NCBI RefSeq assembly: GCF_006345805.1
Contig: NC_043000.1
Span: 111,848,001 to 111,912,000, forward strand
Origin: Octopus sinensis
Taxonomy: Eukaryota
Reading direction: 5' to 3'
DNA: 64,000 nt
Position 1 is the stretch's first letter. Every line of letters starts with the position of its first letter. Below the pieces are notes generated by a model. That model made no database searches and was not told the DNA's origin. It saw only the letters and a program-made list of their open reading frames with translations. A program made the position numbers and the translations under genes. Positions 1-12,746 of the stretch are shown piece after piece.

Positions 1-1748
1 ATATATATATATATATAAATAGATATATACATACACATGTATACATATATATATATATATATATATCCCTCTCTCTTTCAGAGAGGCACAAGCACCTACA
101 CGCACATATACACACACGGCAGTAACTTCCACCTACCGAATTCAATCACAAAGCTCCGGTCGGCTCGGGGCTATAGTGGAAGACACCTACCCAAAGTGCC
201 ACGCAGTGGGACTGAACCCGAAACCATATCATGCATATGGTGCATGTGATCTCTATGTATAAACATGTATTTTCCATGAGGTGCATTAAGTACAATTGTG
301 TGTAAGCATTGAACGGTTAACATGCCTACATGTATTTGTTGTATTAATGATCCGAATGGATGTACAATGATTTGTTTCCTAATCATCGTATGTATATTGC
401 AGAAGCCATGTGTGTGTGCATTTGTGTATCTGTCTAGACATCTGATGATGGTTGCAAACAAGCATCCTTGTCATGAGAGCAAGACTATGCATTTCCAGTC
501 ATCCGTGAAAAACATGTTTGGCCATGTTTACCTATTAAAAGATATTGAAACAAACACACACATACACACACACACACACACCACTGTTGACTGTTTTCAG
601 TTTCTTATTTCTTTACTACCCACAAGGGGCTAAAAATAGAGGAGACAAACAAGGACAAATGGGTTAAGTCGATTACATCAACCCCAGTGTGTAACTGGTA
701 CTTATTTAATCGACCCCGAAAGGATGAAAGGCAAGGTCGACCTCAGCGGAATCTGAACTCAGAACGTAGCGGTAGATGAAATACCACTAAGCATTTCGCC
801 TGGCATGCTAATGTTTCTGCCATCTCACCGCCTTTAAGTTTCTGCCAACCAAATCTATTCAATGCTTTCACAGCCCCAGGGCTATAGTGGGAGACTCAAG
901 AATGAAGTGCCATAGAATGGGACTGAACCTAAAACCATGGGGTTACTAAGCAAACTTCATGGCCAACTACATTACTAACTTCTCAATTCAATATTCATAT
1001 ATACATATACATGATAAACATGCACACCTGTATCATCATCATCACCATTGTTTAACGTCCGTTTTCCATGCTGGCATGGGTTGGACGGTTTGACTGAGGA
1101 CTGGCAAGCCAGAAGGTCGCACCAGGCTCCAATCTGGTCTGGCATGGTTTCTGCAGCTGGATGCCCTTCCTAACGACAACCATTCAGAGAGTGTAGTGGG
1201 TACTTTTTACGTGCCATCCACATGGGAGCCAGTCAGGGGACACTGGCATTGGCCATGTTCGGATGGTGCTTTTTACATACCACAAGCATGAGAGGCAGTC
1301 AGGCGGCACTGACATCGGCCACAACTACAATTTCCATTTTTTATTGTGATTTTGGTTTTTGATGATTATGTAAATATTCATACATTTAAAGACAGAGAAC
1401 TGGAAGAAACATTAGCAGACTGGGCGAAATGCTTAGTGGTATTTCATCCGTTTTTATGTTCTGAGTTCAAATTCTGCTGAGGTCAACTTTGCCTTTCATT
1501 CTTTTGGAGCCAATAAACATAAGTACCAGTTGCATACTGGGGTCGATCAAATCGACTGCCCACCCCTCCCCCAAAATTTCAGGCTTTGCACCTAGAGTAG
1601 AAAAGAATATTCATACATTTAACTTTATTACAGGACCACCATACATTTATGCAATCATGCACAAACACATATACACACACATATAAATTATAGATATGTG
1701 TAAGGTTGCAGGCATAGTTAAGAAGTGTATGGGTATAACATTTAGGTC

Positions 1749-2060
1749 ATCATCATCATCATTTAATGTCCATGCTGGCATGGGTTGGACGGTTTGACCA
1801 GGGCTGGTAAACTGGAAGGCTGTACCAGACTCCAGTCTGATTTGGCATGGTTTTCTATGGCTGGATGCCCTTCCTAATGCCAACCACTCCATGAGTGCCA
1901 AGGGTGCTTTTACATGTCACTGGCACAGGTTCCATTTGCATGACACCAGTATCTGCCATGACTGCAATTTTGCTCAGCTTGATGGGTTGACTTTTCAAGC
2001 ACAATATAATGCCAAAGGCCTCCATCATTGCCTCCATGAGGTCCAATACACAAAAGGAAC
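1749..2060 (-). mobile_element. RTE 3' UTR (family C) copy
   Basis: Reverse complement of the 29340-29665 type sequence, (GAT)n tail at 1749-1761. Confidence 0.85.
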
Positions 2061-2440
2061 TCCGTGAAGGATATGAAGATGAGGAAAGCCCCTGGCCCAT
2101 CAGGAATCACAGCTGAAATGCTTAAAAAATTGGGCAGTGTGGGTTATGGTCTTGTCTCCTGTATAGTCAATCAGGTTGTACATGAGTCATACCCAATGAC
2201 TGGTGTATCAGAACCATAGTCAACTGCTACAAAGGTCAAGGTGATGCCTTAGATAGAAATAATTACAGAGATATCAAATTGTTGGATCAGGTAATGAAAG
2301 CTACAGAGAGGATCATAGCCCAACTAATTAGGAAAAGAATTAGTCTTGATGAGATGCAGTTTGATTTTGTGCCAGGGAGAAGCACTACTGATGCTATATT
2401 TCTGGTAAGGCAACTGCAGGAGAAATACCTAGCCAAAGTA
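2061..2440 (+). pseudogene. RTE RT N-terminal fragment
   Basis: KAPGPSGITAEMLK...NCYKGQGDALDRNNYRDIKLLDQVMKATERII...EMQFDFVPGRSTTDAIFLVRQLQEKY. Confidence 0.85.
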
Positions 2441-3207
2441 CTAGGTATTAAGTACAGGTACTTAATTTATCGACCCCGAAAAGATGAAAGGCAAAGTCAA
2501 CCTCAGAGGAATTTGAACTCAGAACGTAAAAACAGATGAAATACCTATTTCTTTACCACACAGCCACACCTGTATTGCTTTTTTGCTCTTAATCTGAAGA
2601 GACAGTATTGCATCACATGCAATACCTTGTGGTATTGCATAATCCTTTATATTTATATCTATGATGTAATTAGGAAACAACCACAATGAACACCATCACC
2701 TCCATTCTTAGATTTGCTGTGTGGTGAGTAGCTTGCTTACCAACCACATGGTTCTGGGTTCAGTCCCACTGCATGGCACCTTGGGCAAGTGTCTTCTACT
2801 ATAGCCTCGGGTCGACCAAGGCCTTCTGAGTGAATTTGATAGATGGAAACTGAAAGAGCCTGTGGTGTGTATGTATGTATATATATGCTTGGCTGTGTGG
2901 TAAGTAGCTTGCTTACCAACTAAATGATTCTGGGTTCAGTCCCACTGCATGGCACCTTGGGCAAGTATCTTCTACTATAGCCTCAGTTCAACCAAATCCT
3001 TCTAAGCAGATTTGATAGATGGAAACTGAAAGAAGCCCGTCGTATACATATTTCTGTGTTCTTATGATTTTTGTGTCTGTGTTTGTCCCTCACCACCACT
3101 TGGCAACCGATGTTGGTGTTTTTACGTCTCTGTAACTTAGCAGTTCAGTAAAAGAGAATGATAGAATAAGTATTAGGCTTAAAATTAAAAAAGTACTCTA
3201 GTATATA

Positions 3208-3608
3208 GGCGCAGGAGTGGCTGTGTGGTAAGTAGCTTGCTAACCAACCACATGGTTCCGGGTTCAGTCCCACTGCGTGGCATCTTGGGCAAGTGTCTTC
3301 TGCTATTGCCCCGGGCCGACCAATGCCTTGTGAGTGGATTTGGTAGACAGAAACTGAAAGAAGCCTGTCGTATATATGTATATATATATATATGTGTGTG
3401 TATGTGTGTGTGTTTGTCCCCCTAGCATTGCTTGACAACCGATGCTGGTGTGTTTACATCCCCATCACTTAGCAGTTCGGCAAAAGAGACTGATAGAATA
3501 AGCACTAGGCTTACAAGGAATAAGTCCCGGGGTCGATTTGCTCGACTAAAGGCGGTGCTCCAGCATGGCCACAGTCAAATGACTGAAACAAGTAAAAGAG
3601 TAAAAGAG
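3208..3608 (+). mobile_element. Full-length tRNA-derived SINE family A (CORE-like ccttgggcaag domain)
   Basis: ggcgcaggagtggctgtgtggtaagtagc head, internal (TA)/(TG) tract, aagtaaaagag tail. Partial tandem copies at 2715-3200; other copies near 12500-12890(-), 18510-18860, 22155-22530(-), 26060-26350, 43640-43980, 51070-51470. Confidence 0.85.
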
Positions 3609-6199
3609 TAGTCAGTTCATTCAACTAAAACTTTCCTAGGTGGTGTCCAAGCATGGCCAACCTGTCATATATGTCTGTGTGTCTGTGTTTGTCTCCCCAC
3701 TACCACCTGACAACTGGTATTGGCATGTTCACTTCTTTGTAACTTAGCAGTTTGTCAAAAAGGAACGATAGAATCAGTACCAGACTTAGCAAAATCAATA
3801 AGTACTGGGGTCAATTCATTCAACTAAGAATTCTTCAAGGTGGTGCCCCAGCATGGCCGCAGTCGAATGACTGAAACAAGTAAAAGATATATGCACACAC
3901 ACATGTAGCAGACATCAGAGTTTGATGCCATCCTCCAGCTCATTGGATGCTGTCAATTGTCCAGCCTATGCCAGCATGGAAGACGGATGTTAAATGATGA
4001 TCATCCCTTTCTGTGTCTCCAAGGACCTCTCCCTGTCCTCTGAGCTAAATTGCCAAACCCCATCTTTAGCACTCTCTCATATCCACTGCTGCCACCACCT
4101 TTTTTATACATAACCACCACTTTGTATATCTAATCTCCATCTCTGTCTATGTACATCTCTCTCTACCCTGCCACCACCATCACTGCACACCATCTCCTTA
4201 TTTTCTGCTCTATCTACAGGTTTATTAAACTGCTGCTCTCCACCCTTCCTCTATTGCCACTTGTCTCCTCCTCTTCCTTGAGCTATTTTCTTTTACCTTC
4301 TCCCCCATCCACTACACCTCCACCTTTGTACATCAGTTATTCTATTCATCTTTACTCCCATCCATAACCACCAGCCACTCTCTTCTCACACTCCTATGAA
4401 CTCATTCACCCATCCACAGTCTGTATTCCGCATCCTCAGTCTCTATTCTCTCCTATTTCTTCTTCTTCTTCCTTGACCGTATTCTCCAACACTTCATCAC
4501 CAACACCTCTGACATCTTTCTAGTTGCTCCCATCCTCTTCTACATAATGCAAAGTAGCCAGGTATCTTTTCTATAGCAAGACGTCTGTCACTTTATTATA
4601 TTTTAACCTCTCAATGCCTGACAAAAAGCCAACTCTGCCTTGATTACATTCTGTAAAGTGGTTGGTATCAGGAAGAGCATCCAGCTATAGAAACCACTAG
4701 CACTATGACCCGGCGTTGCTGGGTCATAGTGCTAGTGCATGCATATACAGCTGCATGTGTGCACACATACACGCGAGTACTGTTCAAATCTCCAACCAAT
4801 CACATACAGCTAGCTGGCATTCAATTGGCGTATCAAGTTTCGGGCATTTTGATTGGGTTTTGGATAGAAAATTCACAAAAAAGTCACTTCTATTGATTTT
4901 TTAATGGCATTGAGGGGTAACTAGGGAAATGTAAAGATGTGCATGACTACCCTTGGATGGTTTTGAATGACCATAGAAAGTGCGAGCCCTCTAACTGAAA
5001 AATTGTGGATTTGTATAAAGGACACACACACAGACAGACATTTTGCCATTTATATATAGAGAGATGACAAGAAACCATACTAAGGAAGACTTTGGTCCCC
5101 AACTCGGTCGTCCAGCCTGTTGGATCCACTCAAACTGCCTCGTTCTTGCCAGTATGGACGATGCTCATTAAACGATGAAGTACAGTGTGTGTGTGTGTGT
5201 CTGTGATCATCATCATCATTTAACATCTGTTTTCCATGTTTTTAATATAGCACCATGGTTATTCTGGGATGAGTTGAGTGAGACTTCATGAGGGCAGGAC
5301 TCTCTGATTGAATGTCTTTCCTCATCCCAACCCTCACTTCATTTCAAACAAGATAACTTTTTTCCCTTTGGTCCTTGCTTGTTTAACCACAAAAGCTACA
5401 GAATATTTTGTTTATGAAGGATGTAAACAAATGTCACTGCTCTCGCCAAGTGGTGTCAATGTGAAGACACACAAATAAAACAGACATAAAAGGACGAGGA
5501 TAATGATAGCGACAGCAATGGTGGGTGGCACAAGATTCAGTACAGTTTCCATCTCTCAAATGTCACGAGGTTGAACACGTGTTTAAGCTGCCATGCAGTG
5601 TGGTTTGAGCCATAAACCATGTAGCTGCATAGCAAACATCTGAACCACATAGCCATGCCCATCATCATCCTTTAACATCCATTACCCATGTTGGCATGGG
5701 TTAGGTCCACTGGGCCCAAGGACTGCATTGTCTTCCAGTATCTGCTATATCTATATCATCATTTAACATCTGCTTTCCATGCTGGCATGGGTTGGATTGT
5801 TTGACCAAGGACTGGCAAGCCAGGAGGCTGTATCATGCTCCAATCTGATTTGGCAACTAGTTTCAGCTTATGAATATATGATATTATAACCATACTATAT
5901 ACATATATGATACTATAACCATGAGTCCACTGCCCTAACCACTGGGCCATTGCACCTCCACTGATAATGACAATATATATGCACACACACGTGTGTGTGA
6001 GTCCTTGCATTGCTATTCTATGATTGTTGCACTTGAGTGTTCTTCATTACCAATATTCTGTGTAAGCATGTCTGACCATGGGGAAATATTACATTGTTTG
6101 GAACCTAGTAAGGGTGGGTAACAGGAAGAGCATCCAATCATAGACAAAAGTCTGCCTCAGTAAACTTCACCCAAGCATAGAAAAGTGGACATTAAGATG

Positions 6200-6237
<38 letters not shown>

Positions 6238-6242
<5 letters not shown>

Positions 6243-6483
6243 GGCATTACTACACGTAAATGCCTCACGCTATTTTTGTGTGTTTTGATTATGCCTGCAC
6301 TGACGATTAGAAAGGGTATTTTGTACACTACGAAATCATGTATGATTTGCGGTTGAATCTGTTTTTAAGGGTTCGGTTCAAGATTTGCATTCCCTCACAT
6401 TCGGTACACTGTATTCATTATGGTAGTTTTGACTTTAAGAGTCGCTTATAGCGTGAGGCATTTACATGTAGTAATGCCCTTAA
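6238..6483. mobile_element. MITE-like element with 36-bp inverted ends including TTAA (Kolobok/T2-like)
   Basis: ttaaaggcattactacacgtaaatgcctcacgctat (6238-6273) vs atagcgtgaggcatttacatgtagtaatgcccttaa (6448-6483): 34/36 inverted match. Confidence 0.65.
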
Positions 6484-6587
6484 TATAAATAGATATATTT
6501 AAAGGAATTAATTATGAATTTTTCCCTTATGAGGTTTTTCACGCTGACTACTTGATAAATTCCTTTAAAGATTTTATCCTATTTTAA

Positions 6588-6637
<50 letters not shown>

Positions 6638-9144
6638 CAGTCCCACTGCGTAGCACCTTGGGCAAGTGTCTTCTACTGCAGCCTCGGGCCAACCAAAGCC
6701 TTGTGAGAATGGAAACTGGAAGAAGCCTTAAACCAAATTCGATGACTGGCACCCGTGCCAGTGGAGCACTAACAGCTAACATCCGAGCGGGATCACTGCC
6801 AGAGCAGCTGTCTGGCTTCCGTGCAGGCGGCATGTAAAAAGCACCATTTGAGCATGATCGTTACCAGCGTCACCTTACTGGCACTTGTGCCAGTGGAACA
6901 TGAACAAAACATTCAAGCGAGGTCATTGCCAGTGCCGCTGGACTGACTCCTGTGCAGGCGGCACGTAAAAAACACCATTTCGAGCATGACTGTTGCCAGT
7001 ACCACCTGACTGGCCCTCATGCCAGTGGCACATAAAAGCACCCGCTACACTCTCGGAGTGGTTGGCATTAGGAAGGGCATCCAACCGTAGAAACTCTGCC
7101 AGATCAGATTGGAGCCTGGCGCAGCCATCTGGTTTGCCAGTCCTCAGTCAAATCGTCCAACCCATGCTAGCATGGAAAGCAGACATTATATGATGATGAT
7201 GATGATGGTGTGTGTGTGTGTATGTGTATTTGTGTGTCACTCCACCATCTCTTGATAAACGATGCTGGTGTGTTTACGTCCCCGTAACTTAGCGGTTCGG
7301 CAAAAGAGACTGATAGATTAAGTACTGGGCTTACAAAGAATAAGTCCTGAGGTCGATTTGCTTAACTAAAGCTGGTGCTCCAGCATGGCTGCAATCAAAT
7401 TACAAACAAGTGAGAGAGTAATATATAATGTCCGACCCGTGAAAGCCTGGAAACGAGGAAGTTAAAACGGCCATGATGCCAATGTGAGTGTGTGCGTGCG
7501 TGTGTGTTTTTTCTGTGATTTAGTCCCAGCTGGGGAACTTCCCCACACCGTACCCTTTCCAAAACCTTCACCCTCCGCAGTCAGGTCAATGTCCGCTCAT
7601 ACCTGCACAACATGACCCAAACCCACACATTTTCACATTTATGTGTATGGGCGTCTTTCACTTCACAGCTTACTTGTTTCTCATAGACACACACACACAC
7701 AAATATGTGTGTGTGTTAATGCATGTACATTAATGTGCATATGTGTGTCTGCACTCTAATCATTATCTCATAAATTAATAAAAGAAAAAAACCCACACTC
7801 TCTCTCTCCCCTTCTCTCCTCCCTCCCTCTTTCTCTTTCTCTTACCTCCTCTTCCTCACACACAACAAAAACAATGAGGACGTCCTCCCCCTCTCCCTTC
7901 CCCCCGCCGCCTCTCTCTAAAAGCAACATGTCCTCTACCCACCACTCGTTTCCTCTTCTCTGCCTACTTATGTTGCTCAAGGAGAGGTCAACGATCTGAA
8001 GAGTGAGTCATAATGAGGACAATTACAGCTGGAAGCTTGCAGCTAGCTGCACAACTAGTATGCACCAAGTGAATGTAGTGCACCTACATACTGGCTGCTG
8101 CAACTTGTTTCAGGATGGTTTATGTATTACATTAGACTGCTGCAAATGCGTGTGTGTGTGTGTCAAAAAGTGTATACATACATACGTGCATAAACATATG
8201 CAATGCAACTGCAATCCAACTTTGCACTAAGTAAATTATGCAATTTATGCTGCAATGAAGAAGGTAGAAGAGGGGTGGATATTGCATAACAACAAGAAGA
8301 AGAAGAGATTTATATACAATTTTGTGCAGCAACTGCCTGGCAGTCCCACTTGCTGTAGAGCAGATAATAAAGTTTTGGGTCAGAATGAAGGAAGTAGGCT
8401 TCACACGCTTAATCTTGTATTTGTTGTTGTTGTTTCATTGAATAATACGTGGCTGCACCTCTTCCTTCAGCATTGACCAATGTGGTGTTTGCTGTGGACC
8501 ACATGGGAGAGGTTCAGGTCACGATGAAAGCGATAGCTGTTGTTTTTATCTGGGAATATTTACCTTGTCACTTAGGTACTGAGGATTGCAGCAAAAACTA
8601 TGTTAGAAAAGACTTGTCTGGAAATTATATAAAATCGAAAAAAATATGAAAATATAAAAATATAACCATGTTCATCATCATCATCATCATCATCATTGTT
8701 TAATGTCCGCTTTCCTTGCTAGCATGGGTTGGACGAATGACTGAGGGCTGGCGAACCAGATGGCTGCACCAAGCTTCAATCTTCATCTGGCAGAGTTTCT
8801 ACAGCTGGATGCCCTTCCTAACGGGGTGCCCTTCCTAATGAGGATGCCCTTCCTAACATTGTGAATGTATAAAGATAGACAAGGTCTTAATATTTAAAAT
8901 GATAATAATAATAATAATATATAACATCTTTTGTCATTTACCACTTATATCTTTCAGTGATTAGACTGTGGCCATGCTGGGGCACTGCCTTGAAGAATTT
9001 TTAATCAAATGAATTAAGCCTGGTACTTATTCTGTTGGTCCCGTTTTGCTGAACCACTGAGTTACAGGGACATAAACAGACCAACACCAGTTGTCATGTA
9101 GTGGTGGGGCACATACATAGGTATATACATACAGACATATATAT

Positions 9145-9176
<32 letters not shown>

Positions 9177-9464
9177 GGCCCAGTTGTTAGGGCAGTGGAC
9201 TTGTGGTCGGAGGATCGCGGTGTCAATTCCCAGACCGGGCGTTGTGTGTGTTTATTGAGCAAAAACACCTAAAGCTCCACGAGGCTCCCGCAGTGGGAGG
9301 GGGTGTGACCCCTATTGTACTCTTTCGCCCCAACTTTCTCTCACTCTTTCTTCCTGTTTCTTGAGTAACGCTGTGATGGACTGGCATCCCGTCCAGCTAG
9401 TGGGGAACACATACGCCACAGAAACCAGGCCCATGAGCCTGGCTAGGCTTGAAAAGGGGGCATA

Positions 9465-9466
<2 letters not shown>
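9177..9466 (+). mobile_element. tRNA-derived SINE family D, tail type 1
   Basis: ggcccagttgttagggcagtggac...tcaattcccagaccgggcgttgtg...aaaacacctaaagctccacgagg shared with 49425-49725. Confidence 0.75.
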
Positions 9467-9516
<50 letters not shown>

Positions 9517-9809
9517 GCTTCGTTCAGTTTCCAGCTACCAAATCCACTCACAATGCTTTGGTCAGCCAGGAACAATAGTAGAAGACTCTTGCCCAAGGTG
9601 CCACATTGTGGGATTGAATCCAGCACCATGTGGTTGGGAAGCAAGCTTCTTTCCACACAGCTACTCATATATATATATATATATATATATAAAGTTAATC
9701 CAAACAAGAAAACACAGAAAAAAAGAGAGAAAAAAGAGAAAAAAACACAGCAACGCAGGACGTGGAACAATTAAAGTATTATTGACGCTCAGGAAAGAAG
9801 GGAAGGAGG

Positions 9810-9844
9810 GTTTAACGTTTCGAGCGGAGCTCTTCGTCGGAAAC
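9810..9844 (-). ncRNA. Minimal hammerhead-like motif with U4C core change, in a probable PLE end next to (TA)n
   Basis: GTTT-CCGACGA-A-GAGC-tcc-GCTC-GAAAC-GTT-AAAC: stems I and II pair, palindromic ACGT stem III, core differs from CUGACGA at one position. Confidence 0.6.
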
Positions 9845-10599
9845 AAGGAGAAGGAAAGATCCCAAGGAGGGAAGACAGAGGAGAAAATATTTGAGCTGGT
9901 GGTGCTTAAGAGATCACATATGACAAATCTACAAATAGAAATTATGCATATATCATCATAGTTATTATTTACTGTCCATTTTCCATGTTGACAGGATCCA
10001 GCAAGCTGCAAGGCTACATCAAGCTCAAATGTCAGCTTTAACATGGTTTGTCTGGCTGCCCTTCCAAATGCCAACCACTTCAGAGTGTCTGCTGGATGTT
10101 TTTGGGTGTTCTTTTTGTTTTTTTGTTTTCATGCCACTGACTTTAGTGGGGTTGCCAGGTAACTTGCAAAACAGGAAAAGAGCCAAAGAAGGAAATGCCC
10201 TTTGACTAAGTGATGAGGAGAGTATTTCAGAGATGGGATAGTTTTTTGCTAGGTGTTGAGAGGTCAAAGTATGATTGAGAGACAAACGTAGATGTCTTGC
10301 TGTAAAAAGCTATGTGGCCACCCAGCCTTATACAGGGGTCAGTGGGAGTAGCTGGAAAGAAGATTGCAATGGTAGTGATGAGAAGCCAGGGCATCTTAAG
10401 GGCCTCCATCAATCAGGGTTGACCATAGATCTACACATCTGTGTGCAAACCTAAGCAGCTTTTTTTTTTTTTTTTGAGGAAGACTAGCAGTGATCCATCC
10501 ATGCCATTCTCTCCTCTCCACGCCACTGATTGGTTATCAATTTGAGTTGACAAACTTGGCATCAGTACCGTTTCAGACAGGCATTAATGGCAAAATGCA

Positions 10600-11330
10600 A
10601 AGACCAGGAACAGATATTGACAGACATTTTGCCCAATCCTCTGGCAAAATAATAATAATAATGTAATGAGAGAACTGAGGAAGAGATATCCATTTTAAAT
10701 GAAATCATTGATTTTGGACCTCTGGTGAAGAGCTTTCATACAGGGTTTAAAACAGTAGACAGAAAGAAACTCAGTGAATGGGTCAGGAAAATAAATGATA
10801 TCACTGGTGATATCGGGACTGACAATATCACAGACACCAACAATCTGATAAATGCAATCTCGATCTTTATAGCCCGGAAGTTTGGTTTAAAAGCCAATGG
10901 TAAATGTCAACATAACCTGAAGGAACTGTGGTGGAAAAGGAGAATAATGCAGTCTATTAACGAGACTAGAAAACAATAGTCTGGAATGGAAAAAATGAAA
11001 TGAAGCTCAGCAAGAGAAATGTGTTGAGGTAGAGAGGAAGTATAGGATGAAGAGAAAGGGAATCTATGTTGTGATTGAGGAATTAAAACAGAGGTTGAAA
11101 GCTAAATCACATGAACTAAAGAGATATGAACAGAAAATTGAGCAATACAGATTAAACAGACTTTTCAAACAAAATAAGAAACGAGTCTATCAGGAACTGG
11201 ATGGGAAAGAAAAGGGTGAAAAAGACATGCCAGATGCTGAAGAAAGCAAAAGATTCTGGTGAAACGTATGGTCTGAGGAGAAACAACATGAAACTGAAGC
11301 AGAATGGTTAAAGAACACTCAAAGAGGAGA
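10600..11330 (+). pseudogene. R4/Dong-clade non-LTR retrotransposon remnant (pre-RT region)
   Basis: ...LWWKRRI...EELKQRLKAKSHELKRYEQKIEQYRLNRLFKQNKKRVYQEL...PDAEESKRFW.NVWSEEKQHE.EAEWL resembles the R4/Dong region upstream of RT. Interrupted by stops. Confidence 0.65.
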
Positions 11331-12144
11331 ATGGAGAGTATCAGCAGGAAGATTTGAAAAGCAATGGGAACTGCATATATTTACAAGATATATGTGGAAG
11401 ATGCATGTAAAGAAGTTAGAATGAGATAATACAAGACTTGCAGATAGTAAAAATACAGAAAACAAAGAAAACCCAAAAAATAGAGAGAGGGAGAGAGAGA
11501 GGGAGGAGGGTAGTGAAGATGTGGAATGCATTTCATCAAGGGGTTTACAAGGAAAGCTGGGAATGACAATAGCAATTAGACAATACGGACAACAGAAGGA
11601 GACAGAATAGTCAAAGGAGAGTGTTGACAAAATATGATATTACCAAAACATGTTTTTCATCAAATGTCAGCTAAATATTTTAAGTGCTTCTATAGACTTC
11701 CTGATGTGACCACAAAACACTCGGCTGTTTTCTTTAAAAAAAGGCTAAATTGGAAAGCTGCTCCTCATCGTAATTTAATGTCTGTTTTTCCATGCTGGCA
11801 TGGGTTGGACAGCTTGACAGGAGCTTGCATGGCCAGGAGCCACACCAGGTTCCATTGTCTGTTTTGGAATGGTTTCTACAACTAGAAACTTCCTGATGCC
11901 AACCACTTTACAGAGTTTACATGGTGCTTCATATGTAGCTTCACAAAGAAATATAAATAGTCTTTTAACTGAAACAGCTCAAAGACGACATGTAAAAAGC
12001 CTTACAACTTACACAGAGCAAGAGTGAGCCGGAGTTAATGACTAAAGGAAAAGAATATAAAAGATATGGAAGTACAGGCATGGCGGTAGGTGCAGATGTG
12101 GCTGTGTAGTAAGAAATTACTGGGACATAAACAAACCAACACCA

Positions 12145-12272
12145 TACAGTTCTATATTTAAGAGATAAGGAATTATTTACATTATTTACATTTAACGGAT
12201 ATTTGTCCTCATCTTGTTTGTTGTTAACACAACGTTTCAGCTGATATACCCTCCAGCCTTCGTGTCTTGGAG
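12145..12272 (-). mobile_element. 5'-truncated family E SINE copy with deleted HHR core
   Basis: Matches 13873-13970 but reads gacacGAAGGCTG (CTGAT missing). Keeps the 3' end aaatatagaactgta. Confidence 0.75.
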
Positions 12273-12700
12273 ATATTGGACAAACACAATGACACAGGCA
12301 CACATGTGTGCGTGTATATATATATATATATATACACACGCACACAACAGGCTGTCACACAGTTTCTGTCTACCAAATTCTTTCACAAGGCATTGGTCAG
12401 CCCAGGGCTATAATTGGATACACTGACTCAAGGGATTGAACTTCTTAACTGGGATTGAACTTCTTAACTACACTCTCATACCTGTAGCAAGAATTTTCTA
12501 TTTTACTTGTTTCAGTCATTTGACTGCAGCCATGCTGGAGCACCAGCTTTAGTCAAACAAATAAAACCCAGGACTTATTATTTGTAAGCCTCGTACTTAT
12601 TCTATCAGTCCTTTTTGCCAAACTGCTAAGTTATGAGGATGTAAACACACCAACATCGGTTGTCAAGCGATGGTGGGGACAAACACACACACAAATACTT

Positions 12701-12746
<46 letters not shown>

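Noticed and set aside
2604-2642. gtattgcat / atgcaatac / gtattgcat mini-hairpin after CTGAAGAG
   Set aside because: No GAAA or cleavage triplet follows, so it is not a hammerhead.
12432-12469. 19-bp perfect tandem duplication gggattgaacttcttaact
   Set aside because: Local slip or deletion inside a SINE A copy; no further structure.
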